Part shown: positions 22,566 to 33,313 of the stretch, piece by piece
How positions within the stretch are numbered: the stretch's first letter is position 1
How the letters are laid out: each line of letters begins with the position of its first letter
NCBI RefSeq assembly: GCF_001194135.2
Contig: NC_068991.1
Span: 37,791,654-37,835,555 of the forward strand
DNA length: 43,902 nt
Direction of reading: 5' to 3'
Origin: Octopus bimaculoides
Lineage: Eukaryota
Program-made: the position numbers and the translations under genes
The notes under the pieces: model-generated
Database searches by the model: none
Told to the model about the DNA's origin: nothing
The model's input: only the letters and a program-made list of their open reading frames with translations

Positions 22566-22760
22566 ATATGCATATATGGGTACAGGACGTCACAAATAGT
22601 AAACAACATGAAATACGAAAAAAAATTAGTTCAATACGCAAACAACGAGAGAAACAAATGTAAAACAGAACAAGTAACACAAACAACGACCATTCATCAG
22701 TTGTCGGCTGTCTATCTACTCTTCATTTCGAGCATTGAACGACAATATGAGTCTTCGAAG
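22565..22760 (-). repeat. Probable Penelope-type terminal repeat fragment
   Basis: Homologous to 10820-10900. The minus strand has ctcGAAA... and CTGATGA (22694-22700) and ends ...cctgtacccatatatgc at a (TG)n/TA tract. Confidence 0.5.
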
Positions 22761-24163
22761 ACAGTTTCTCCCATAAGTACCAAAATAAAATTTGGGATTT
22801 GTGGAGGGCCAAAGTTGGGAACAAAAACATGATAGTGGAGACATGCAAGGAAACCGAACGAAGTCAAACAAGGTGGGGTGGGGTGTTAGACAAGAACCAG
22901 TGTAAAATAGCGAACGATAGAGAAATATTGTCTTTGACAAGAGAAACGTTAGAAGAGAGAGATAGGATACATCCAATCCTCAGAACAATTAAAAAAAAAA
23001 AAGCAAAGATGATCACGTGAGGAATAGAAAGATGGACAATGGTTACGTGTGAGCAACGAGAGAGAGAAAAGAAGAAAGAGGGGGAGAGAGAGACCGATAG
23101 AGAACGGTGAAGGAGAGAAAAAGGTAATTAGAAAAGAGGATGAGAGAGAAAACAGTATAGGGTAGAGTTGCATAAAAAATATTAAGATAAACTTGCTTGG
23201 ANNNNNNNNNNNNNNNNNNNNNNNNNNNNNNNNNNNNNNNNNNNNNNNNNNNNNNNNNNNNNNNNNNNNNNNNNNNNNNNNNNNNNNNNNNNNNNNNNNN
23301 NNNNNNNNNNNNNNNNNNNNNNNNNNNNNNNNNNNNNNNNNNNNNNNNNNNNNNNNNNNNNNNNNNNNNNNNNNNNNNNNNNNNNNNNNNNNNNNNNNNN
23401 NNNNNNNNNNNNNNNNNNNNNNNNNNNNNNNNNNNNNNNNNNNNNNNNNNNNNNNNNNNNNNNNNNNNNNNNNNNNNNNNNNNNNNNNNNNNNNNNNNNN
23501 NNNNNNNNNNNNNNNNNNNNNNNNNNNNNNNNNNNNNNNNNNNNNNNNNNNNNNNNNNNNNNNNNNNNNNNNNNNNNNNNNNNNNNNNNNNNNNNNNNNN
23601 NNNNNNNNNNNNNNNNNNNNNNNNNNNNNNNNNNNNNNNNNNNNNNNNNNNNNNNNNNNNNNNNNNNNNNNNNNNNNNNNNNNNNNNNNNNNNNNNNNNN
23701 NNNNNNNNNNNNNNNNNNNNNNNNNNNNNNNNNNNNNNNNNNNNNNNNNNNNNNNNNNNNNNNNNNNNNNNNNNNNNNNNNNNNNNNNNNNNNNNNNNNN
23801 NNNNNNNNNNNNNNNNNNNNNNNNNNNNNNNNNNNNNNNNNNNNNNNNNNNNNNNNNNNNNNNNNNNNNNNNNNNNNNNNNNNNNNNNNNNNNNNNNNNN
23901 NNNNNNNNNNATTAGTTGCTAAAATTATTGAACATATAAAAACGTCTAAACATTTACTGAATGTGACACACTTCACTATAGTATGATAGAATAAAAAAAA
24001 CCCATGAAGCTGCGAAATTTATATACATTTGTGTTTGTGTGTGTGTGTATGTGTGTGTATGTGCGTGTGTCTGTGTCTGCATGTGCGTGTGTGTGTGTGT
24101 GCGTGCGTGTGTCTGTGTTGTATGTGTGCGTATGTTTGAGCGTGTGCTGGTATGTATGTGTGA

Positions 24164-24197
<34 letters not shown>

Positions 24198-24476
24198 GTG
24201 TCGTTGTCCATACATGCATATGTACATGCACACTTGCATTCATACACATTCAGACATTCATGAAGGTGCAATGAAAAGAATATACAAATAGTTTCTCTGC
24301 TGGTAGTCTTAATCCGTTACCATGCTGAACGGCCACCACATGATCGATGAGTGCACTCAGTGAAGTTCAACCTGTTGAAGTAACACTCATACTCGGTCTA
24401 CTTTCTGACTTGAAAGTTAACTCCTTCCTAGCTTCTCTTAAATGAAAAGTGTCATGGACTCATATATACGCACAAC

Positions 24477-24528
<52 letters not shown>

Positions 24529-24757
24529 ATATATGTTTGTGTGTGTGTGCGAGTGTACATATATATGTGTTGTATATGTGGGTATATGTATGTATGTATG
24601 TATGTACATATATATATAGAGATTCAGATGAATATGGTACTTAAGTTGAGGCACCAGAATTTAGTACGGTATTATCCATACAATTTCAAAATAAAGTGAT
24701 TAGAATCAAAATAAGCAACAAGGATATCCAGAGGTAATGCAGTACGATCGTTTCACG

Positions 24758-24991
24758 CAACTCCATTTAACTGAACAATGCAACCATTACATCAATTTAA
24801 ATTGTGCAGCAATCCTCAGCTGCACAAAGACATAGAATTTAATTAAATTAAAACAGATGGACGCATTAAGTAAAATTATTCTAATGTGTCCATCTGTTTT
24901 AATTTAATTAAATTCTATGTCTTTGTTCAGCTGAGGATTGCACTGTATTTAAATTGATGTAATGGTTGCATTGTTCAATTAAATGGAGTTG
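24758..24991. repeat. Near-perfect palindrome: ~110-bp arms and 13-bp loop, right arm runs into an assembly gap
   Basis: Left arm 24758-24868 is the reverse complement of right arm 24882-24991 except for three single substitutions and one ~6-nt patch. Confidence 0.92.
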
Positions 24992-25645
24992 NNNNNNNNN
25001 NNNNNNNNNNNNNNNNNNNNNNNNNNNNNNNNNNNNNNNNNNNNNNNNNNNNNNNNNNNNNNNNNNNNNNNNNNNNNNNNNNNNNNNNNNNNNNNNNNNN
25101 NNNNNNNNNNNNNNNNNNNNNNNNNNNNNNNNNNNNNNNNNNNNNNNNNNNNNNNNNNNNNNNNNNNNNNNNNNNNNNNNNNNNNNNNNNNNNNNNNNNN
25201 NNNNNNNNNNNNNNNNNNNNNNNNNNNNNNNNNNNNNNNNNNNNNNNNNNNNNNNNNNNNNNNNNNNNNNNNNNNNNNNNNNNNNNNNNNNNNNNNNNNN
25301 NNNNNNNNNNNNNNNNNNNNNNNNNNNNNNNNNNNNNNNNNNNNNNNNNNNNNNNNNNNNNNNNNNNNNNNNNNNNNNNNNNNNNNNNNNNNNNNNNNNN
25401 NNNNNNNNNNNNNNNNNNNNNNNNNNNNNNNNNNNNNNNNNNNNNNNNNNNNNNNNNNNNNNNNNNNNNNNNNNNNNNNNNNNNNNNNNNNNNNNNNNNN
25501 NNNNNNNNNNNNNNNNNNNNNNNNNNNNNNNNNNNNNNNNNNNNNNNNNNNNNNNNNNNNNNNNNNNNNNNNNNNNNNNNNNNNNNNNNNNNNNNNNNNN
25601 NNNNNNNNNNNNNNNNNNNNNNNNNNNNNNNNNNNNNNNNNNNNN

Positions 25646-25688
<43 letters not shown>

Positions 25689-26039
25689 CACTGACAGAGA
25701 GACAGATAGACAGTCAATGAGATAGATAGATAGATAGATAGATAGATTTTATCATATGGATTCTTAATAATCAAACCATATCAACCCTCAGGACGCACGA
25801 AATATCTAGAATATATCTAGAATCAATATATAGCTCATATTGAAATACATGAAGTGTTGATACAATACGGTAGCTATGCTAGTACCAAATCTTATTTAAA
25901 CCCCGATTCAAAAGTGATTCTTTAATGTAGCATAGATATAAAAACTAAATGTAAATGGCGTCCAAAATTGACGAAGTCTCTTTCGGCAGGTATATTATTT
26001 GATTAATGCAGTCAAATAAAACTTCATCAATATGAAGTC

Positions 26040-26190
26040 GTGGCTATGTGATAAGAAGTTCGATTATTCCCCAACCACATGGTTCTGGTTTTAGTCCCAT
26101 TCTGAGACGTCTTGGGCAGGTGCACTCGGCTGACCAAAGCATTCGGTGTTGATTTGGTAGAGGGAAACTGTAGGCCCTTCACGCTCGCGC
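26040..26190 (+). mobile_element. SINE-B head (tRNA-derived with CORE-like domain), truncated by gap
   Basis: gtggctatgtgataagaag...cccaaccacatggttctggttttagtccca...cttgggcaggtg...gaccaaagc...gatttggtagagggaaactg aligns with 37165-37295. Confidence 0.85.
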
Positions 26191-26290
26191 NNNNNNNNNN
26201 NNNNNNNNNNNNNNNNNNNNNNNNNNNNNNNNNNNNNNNNNNNNNNNNNNNNNNNNNNNNNNNNNNNNNNNNNNNNNNNNNNNNNNNNNN

Positions 26291-26334
<44 letters not shown>

Positions 26335-26510
26335 ATACTTATGAGAGAAACAGAAAAATAGATAGATAGAGAGATAGATACACGTTTGTATATGTATCAT
26401 GCATTAATTTTCTGTCACAACCGACTAACATCTCTCTCTCTCTCTCTCTCTTTCAATCTCGATCAAATTGTCCCTCTCAAATTGTCCACCTCCCCTCCTC
26501 TGTCACTCAC

Positions 26511-26566
26511 TTTGTAACATCGTCTGCCAAACCAACATCATCCGAGCTGACACGCCTACTCTTGTT
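26511..26566 (-). CDS. Candidate internal exon (56 nt) of an unidentified gene
   Basis: Acceptor ttttttttttcattcag and donor AA|gtgagt. Frame 0 is open (NKSRRVSSDDVGLADDVT), as is phase 2. No homology recognised and no in-frame partner exon found. Confidence 0.28.
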
Positions 26567-27018
26567 CTGAATGAAAAAAAAAGGGGGGGGAAGTAGCGAA
26601 GCAGAGAAAAGAACGAAAGAAAAAAATAAAAGACAACCGCAAGAGAGATTGCTTTGAACAGCAGCGCTTTACATTGAATAAACCACGCCCACTGCTATTC
26701 TTTTGGCTTCAGAAAATATTCCTCTAATACGCTTTCTCCTCCTCCTCCTCTCCACTCACTCAGTCTCTGTCTTCCTCCCACTTCCTTTAAACTCTCTATA
26801 CAGTCACTACTCCAACGTTTTGTCATGTACTAATCCTCTCTCACAACCAGATTTCTCCGGCTCAATCCTCTTTGACCAGTTTTTTTTTTCCTTGTCATTT
26901 TGTTTCTCTCTCTCTAACAGATCTAACTCCTACCATATCTATCCTTCTCTTAAGTTTTCTCTCATTTTAATTTCACTCTCCTCTCTCCCTCTCATTCCCT
27001 TCCTACCTCCTCTCTCTA

Positions 27019-27059
<41 letters not shown>

Positions 27060-27938
27060 CCCTTCCTCCCCCTCCCCCTTCTCTCCCTCTCAACTTTTTA
27101 TGAAAATATTTTATCAAATCTTCTTGTTATTTTGTTATTTAAGTGTTGCGACTCTTTACTGTTTTAATGTTCTAAATATTTGTTGGATTCGAACTTGTTT
27201 CTTTCATTTTTTGTTTTATCTTTTNNNNNNNNNNNNNNNNNNNNNNNNNNNNNNNNNNNNNNNNNNNNNNNNNNNNNNNNNNNNNNNNNNNNNNNNNNNN
27301 NNNNNNNNNNNNNNNNNNNNNNNNNNNNNNNNNNNNNNNNNNNNNNNNNNNNNNNNNNNNNNNNNNNNNNNNNNNNNNNNNNNNNNNNNNNNNNNNNNNN
27401 NNNNNNNNNNNNNNNNNNNNNNNNNNNNNNNNNNNNNNNNNNNNNNNNNNNNNNNNNNNNNNNNNNNNNNNNNNNNNNNNNNNNNNNNNNNNNNNNNNNN
27501 NNNNNNNNNNNNNNNNNNNNNNNNNNNNNNNNNNNNNNNNNNNNNNNNNNNNNNNNNNNNNNNNNNNNNNNNNNNNNNNNNNNNNNNNNNNNNNNNNNNN
27601 NNNNNNNNNNNNNNNNNNNNNNNNNNNNNNNNNNNNNNNNNNNNNNNNNNNNNNNNNNNNNNNNNNNNNNNNNNNNNNNNNNNNNNNNNNNNNNNNNNNN
27701 NNNNNNNNNNNNNNNNNNNNNNNNNNNNNNNNNNNNNNNNNNNNNNNNNNNNNNNNNNNNNNNNNNNNNNNNNNNNNNNNNNNNNNNNNNNNNNNNNNNN
27801 NNNNNNNNNNNNNNNNNNNNNNNNNNNNNNNNNNNNNNNNNNNNNNNNNNNNNNNNNNNNNNNNNNNNNNNNNNNNNNNNNNNNNNNNNNNNNNNNNNNN
27901 NNNNNNNNNNNNNNNNNNNNNNNNNNNNNNNNNNNNNN

Positions 27939-27986
<48 letters not shown>

Positions 27987-28952
27987 ACCTCTTATTAATT
28001 TTTAAGCCTTGAAAGACTCGGGTATGCTGTCTTACCTTCAGTTATTAAGTGAGAAGGAAAAAGTTCTGTTTTAATTGTGGATGAATCTGGTTATAATTCC
28101 ATAGGAATCTGATATTCAACTGAAGAGAATAACACATATTTTGAGCTGTCCAGGATTACCTTTTGTATAAGGGAGCCTTGTTTTTCACCACATACACAAC
28201 CGGAGAATGCTTTCTTCCATCCATCCATATATATTTAACTATCCATGTGCACGCGCACGCACATATACACATACATATAGTTAAATAAAAATTCGTGTAA
28301 AGACCTTGCTTGCAAAGCTCGTACACAGTTACCAGATGTCATCATATGCAGTGGAAATGCTCTTGCGACTGGATATACATCAGGAATTCCATAGTATCCG
28401 TAGAGTTTATAAAAATAGATAAATGATAGAAAATGGAATGAAGACATTCTGTATTTAAAATCACTACAATTGTTTCGACACACTTTTACACCTGTAGTAC
28501 ATTGGTGAGCTGTTTGTGTAATCATTGTGATATATCCAAAGTATAAAATGCGCTTCCCCAGGTGACTGTTTAAATAAGTCCTTCGTTAAGATCCTGCCGT
28601 CATTCCACTCAGTGTGAGAACGCATACAGAAAGTTATGTCATTTTCAGCAGTTTACAGACAAAACCGGTTTTTCATCACTAGTTACTTTCGATTTTTACT
28701 GGTTCACTTGTTAGAACTATTGTAGCGGTGTTGTGTGATTTTAATGCGTTAAATGAACCCACAAACGTGAGTTCATATTCACGCACTGATATGCACAGAT
28801 GAATACATTAACTTTCGTCGAGCCATGTTTTTTGTGTCGTTACTCGGATTTTAACGCGAAGGGCACCAACCATTTAAAAATAATATATATTGCGTCCGTT
28901 TCACACACACATACATACATACATACATACATGCATACATACATACATATAC

Positions 28953-29001
<49 letters not shown>

Positions 29002-29669
29002 NNNNNNNNNNNNNNNNNNNNNNNNNNNNNNNNNNNNNNNNNNNNNNNNNNNNNNNNNNNNNNNNNNNNNNNNNNNNNNNNNNNNNNNNNNNNNNNNNNN
29101 NNNNNNNNNNNNNNNNNNNNNNNNNNNNNNNNNNNNNNNNNNNNNNNNNNNNNNNNNNNNNNNNNNNNNNNNNNNNNNNNNNNNNNNNNNNNNNNNNNNN
29201 NNNNNNNNNNNNNNNNNNNNNNNNNNNNNNNNNNNNNNNNNNNNNNNNNNNNNNNNNNNNNNNNNNNNNNNNNNNNNNNNNNNNNNNNNNNNNNNNNNNN
29301 NNNNNNNNNNNNNNNNNNNNNNNNNNNNNNNNNNNNNNNNNNNNNNNNNNNNNNNNNNNNNNNNNNNNNNNNNNNNNNNNNNNNNNNNNNNNNNNNNNNN
29401 NNNNNNNNNNNNNNNNNNNNNNNNNNNNNNNNNNNNNNNNNNNNNNNNNNNNNNNNNNNNNNNNNNNNNNNNNNNNNNNNNNNNNNNNNNNNNNNNNNNN
29501 NNNNNNNNNNNNNNNNNNNNNNNNNNNNNNNNNNNNNNNNNNNNNNNNNNNNNNNNNNNNNNNNNNNNNNNNNNNNNNNNNNNNNNNNNNNNNNNNNNNN
29601 NNNNNNNNNNNNNNNNNNNNNNNNNNNNNNNNNNNNNNNNNNNNNNNNNNNNNNNNNNNNNNNNNATAC

Positions 29670-29873
29670 CAGCCACCCTCCCTCTTCACGCAACTGATGT
29701 TATCCCAGGGAAAGGCAAAAACTGATACAACTTTGCACCAGTGACGTCATAATTCATTTCTACAGTTGAGTGAACTGGAGCAACGTGAAATAAAGTGTCT
29801 TGCTCAGGCACATAGCCCGATTCGGGAATCGATCTCACTACCCCATGATAGTGAGCTCGACGCTCTAACCTCA
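29670..29873 (-). mobile_element. SINE-C (tRNA-derived head with CORE-like segment)
   Basis: Minus strand: ggttagagcgtc (A-box-like), gagatcgattcc (B-box-like), gtgcctgagcaagacactttatttcacgttgctccagttcactc (CORE-like). Confidence 0.75.
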
Positions 29874-30390
29874 CAGGTGTGTGTGTGTGTACGTGCGTGC
29901 GTTATTGAGTCTGGAAGACCAGCGGAGCCTGTTTTGTATTGATCCTTTCTTCGTGCCAGGATCATTTTACAGATGATAATAAACTGGTACTCGGTCGTTG
30001 TTTTAATTTATCCATTCATTTATTCATCAGTAAATCGATTGGTTTGTCAAAGTTTTACATTACGCATCTATGGTGGCCATTTTAAATTCTTTTTCTCAAC
30101 TTTCTTATTGTGTCTGGTATTTATATAATTTTTTGTATGCGTGTATTATAGTATTCCTGGAAGATGGTGCAGTGTTTGTTTACGAGGGATGTGTGTGTGA
30201 GCGATTACTTGTTTCTGTTTTCGTTTTGCAGTTGTATATGTATGTGTGTGCTTCTCTTTAGTCGTAGCGAAAAGAACAAAATGACAGTAGAAAAAACAAC
30301 AAATATTTTTTTGTTGAAAGACTGTAACAAAACGATCAAGTGATAAAATGATTAACTAATTAAATGATTAAAAAAAAACCCAACAATAAT

Positions 30391-30547
30391 GGTTTCAAAT
30401 TTTCGCACAAGTTACTTGTTTTATCGACTCCGAAAGGACAAATGGCAAAGTTGACCTAGGCAGAATTTGAACAGAAAACGTAAAGGCGAACGAAATGCTG
30501 CTAAGCATTTTGTCCGGTGTGCTAACGATTCTGTCACTTCGCCGCCC
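30391..30547 (-). mobile_element. SINE-A, internally deleted copy
   Basis: ggtttcaaattttcgcacaag tail joined to ttttatcgactccgaaagga...gctaagcattttgtccggtgtgctaacgattctg...cgccgcc; preceded by caacaataat. Confidence 0.85.
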
Positions 30548-30548
30548 T

Positions 30549-30670
30549 AACGACAACAACAACAACAACAACAACAACGATGACGACGACGACGATATTG
30601 ATAATGATCATGATGCCGATAATGGCGATGAAAATAATGACAAAATGAATGGAATAATAATTATAAGAAT
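30549..30670. repeat. Compound degenerate trinucleotide microsatellite (AAC/GAC/GAT/AAT)
   Basis: Direct reading. Confidence 0.9.
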
Positions 30671-30671
30671 G

Positions 30672-31215
30672 GTAATATGGTTGGTACGGAGTTGAAATTG
30701 TGGAACGAACAGAAGATGGGTTAAAAAAGTTGGGAAGCAAGAAAGATCCTCACGATGCATGGAGTCCATCGTATACGTGAGAGACTGATCGCCTATACAT
30801 GAACAGATGAAATGATGGATGGGGACTGATAAAAGTGGAAGACTTCGTGCATATCGAACTGGGGAAGTTACTGAGGTAGCTAACTACGGTGAGGAAACCT
30901 CGTTAGTGGCAGTTAGAGACGAGGGCAAATTGGAAGCAGGAAAAAAGAAAAGGACAAAACAAGATTACAAGAAGGATATGAAGAAGCACTATTCAACAAG
31001 GCACTACACAATCAATTCTATGTAGCCACAACTGAAGTTGCTGGAGGACACAGGTGGGACTGCTTGAAGAAAGGAGCACTTAAAAAGGGGAGTGAGAGCA
31101 CAATACTTGCCGCGCAAGATCACGCTTTGGCCACAAATTGGATGGTCAACCTTAGGAATGAGCATGTATCTTCATTGTGGCAAATCTGTAATAGGGTTTC
31201 TTACCACATCGTCAT
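30672..31215 (+). mobile_element. Second R4/Dong-like non-LTR fragment (RT thumb to zinc knuckle), decayed
   Basis: YGVEIVERTEDGLKKL...RKILTMHGVH...TDRLYMNR*NDGWGLIKVEDFV...KALHNQFY...WDCLKKGALKKGSESTILAAQDHALATNW...QICNRV...HIV; overlaps in motif content with 6523-6830. Confidence 0.85.
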
Positions 31216-31596
31216 GCCTCCGTTTATTCATGCATATATATATATATATATANNNNNNNNNNNNNNNNNNNNNNNNNNNNNNNNNNNNNNNNNNNNNNNN
31301 NNNNNNNNNNNNNNNNNNNNNNNNNNNNNNNNNNNNNNNNNNNNNNNNNNNNNNNNNNNNNNNNNNNNNNNNNNNNNNNNNNNNNNNNNNNNNNNNNNNN
31401 NNNNNNNNNNNNNNNNNNNNNNNNNNNNNNNNNNNNNNNNNNNNNNNNNNNNNNNNNNNNNNNNNNNNNNNNNNNNNNNNNNNNNNNNNNNNNNNNNNNN
31501 NNNNNNNNNNNNNNNNNNNNNNNNNNNNNNNNNNNNNNNNNNNNNNNNNNNNNNNNNNNNNNNNNNNNNNNNNNNNNNNNNNNNNNNNNNNNNNNN

Positions 31597-31627
<31 letters not shown>

Positions 31628-31635
31628 TGTATATA

Positions 31636-31828
31636 TACGACGGACTTCTTTCAGTTTCCGTTTACCAAATCCATTCACAAGACTTTGGTCAGTCCGAGGC
31701 TCTATTAAACGATACTCGCCCAAGCTACCATGCAGTGGCCCCTTGGGAAAGTGTCTTCTACAATAGTGTCTTCTTCTAAACCCAGTACCACGTGATTGGG
31801 AAGCAATCTTCTTACCACACAACCACGC
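31636..31828 (-). mobile_element. SINE-B head carrying a 39-bp inverted insert
   Basis: Reverse-complement match to 37165-37305; extra segment 31739-31777 is in the opposite orientation. Confidence 0.88.
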
Positions 31829-31839
31829 ATGCGCCTATA

Positions 31840-31887
<48 letters not shown>

Positions 31888-31924
31888 TGATAGATAGACA
31901 GATAGATAGATACATACATACATA

Positions 31925-31925
31925 C

Positions 31926-31988
<63 letters not shown>
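31925..31988. repeat. (TAG)n microsatellite
   Basis: Direct reading. Confidence 0.95.
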
Positions 31989-31989
<1 letters not shown>

Positions 31990-32708
31990 TATGGCAATAG
32001 CATTCTAACTTTTTCCGCTCATCAAAACGTTGACAAATTGAGTGGAAGAATTTTTCTAGACCCTAAAAATAGTTGTTGATTCATCAGAAAATAGAAGACC
32101 AGAATTACAGCAGATCATCTTGGTTGGATGGTTTGAATATTTTTATCACACACCCCATCCTCCATCCTTCGTATTCCTAAGTTACGTTTCGAGCATTGTG
32201 AGGAAACCATAAAATTTGAAAGATTTGAAAGCAAAAAACAATCCAGTAAGTAAAACAGAGACCGATCTTCATTTTTTTTTTTTTTTAAATTGAAACATTT
32301 TTTTTTTTTTCGCAAAAATGAAAGGGATGCGTCAAAGTTGAGGAAAAGGACTAAACATGCACGTTAACTGGTTTGTTTGACAGCTCAAAATACGATGGCA
32401 ATAAAGATAATGATAGCAGCACTCAAACATAGCTGCCTATCATGCAGTAGAGAAATTGACAGCAAGAATCGCTCTGTTTCCGAGGCGAGGGTAAATGCAA
32501 TTGAGATGTTTATTTTTTGCCATATATAAAACCTTCTTCACGTATGTCTTTCTTTCTTTAGCAGAGAGATTTGAATAGAGAGTAAAGAAAAAAGACGATA
32601 ATAGCGTATGTTGTATTATCCTATATCTTGGCGACAGAATTTGCACAAATTTCAAATTTTGTGATAAATCACGTCTGTGTGTGTGTCTTTATGTGTATAT
32701 AGGAGGGT

Positions 32709-32785
32709 ATGGCCAAATAGTTAAAAAGTTTTCTTCTAAAACACAAGGTTCTGGATTCGATACCAATTCGTGGTATCTTACACAG
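32709..32785 (+). mobile_element. Decayed SINE-B head fragment
   Basis: tagttaaaaagttttcttctaaaacacaaggttctggattcgatacc...cgtggtatctt; B-box-like ggattcgatacc. Confidence 0.55.
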
Positions 32786-33005
32786 GACAATTTTCAATAA
32801 TTTCGGGCTGACCCACGCATTGTAAATGAAATGGGGTATAAAGAAACTATGTAAAAGTCTGTCTTGTAGATTACACCTGTAATCCCAAAATATACGGCCT
32901 TGCCACATAAAGAATGTCATCCTCATCCTGTTTGAAAACAGATTATTCAGTCAATAGGACGACTGAATACTCATCAGTGTATATATATATATACATACGC
33001 GAACG

Positions 33006-33045
33006 GATTTTTCTGACGAAGATGTATGCTCGAAACGTCAAAATC
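33006..33045 (+). ncRNA. Minimal type I hammerhead ribozyme (Penelope-terminus type, loopless palindromic stem III)
   Basis: gattttt-CTGACGA(33013-19)-a-ga tgtatgc tc-GAAA(33032-35)-C-GTC(33037-39)-aaaatc. All core nucleotides are present. Stem I pairs with aaaatc (one bulge), stem III is the ACGT palindrome, stem II is only 2 bp (probably mutated). Flanked by (TA)n. Confidence 0.7.
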
Positions 33046-33274
33046 TCTTTCTTTTTACCGAGCGTCAAACTCGTGCATTCCATGTGCGCGTCCTCTTGTT
33101 ACTTCGTTATTGAGATTNNNNNNNNNNNNNNNNNNNNNNNNNNNNNNNNNNNNNNNNNNNNNNNNNNNNNNNNNNNNNNNNNNNNNNNNNNNNNNNNNNN
33201 NNNNNNNNNNNNNNNNNNNNNNNNNNNNNNNNNNNNNNNNNNNNNNNNNNNNNNNNNNNNNNNNNNNNNNNNNN

Positions 33275-33313
<39 letters not shown>

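Noticed and set aside
26960-27095. Polypyrimidine mirror tracts and (CA)n/(GC)n runs as functional H-DNA or Z-DNA elements
   Set aside because: Such tracts are ubiquitous in this window; nothing singles these out as functional.
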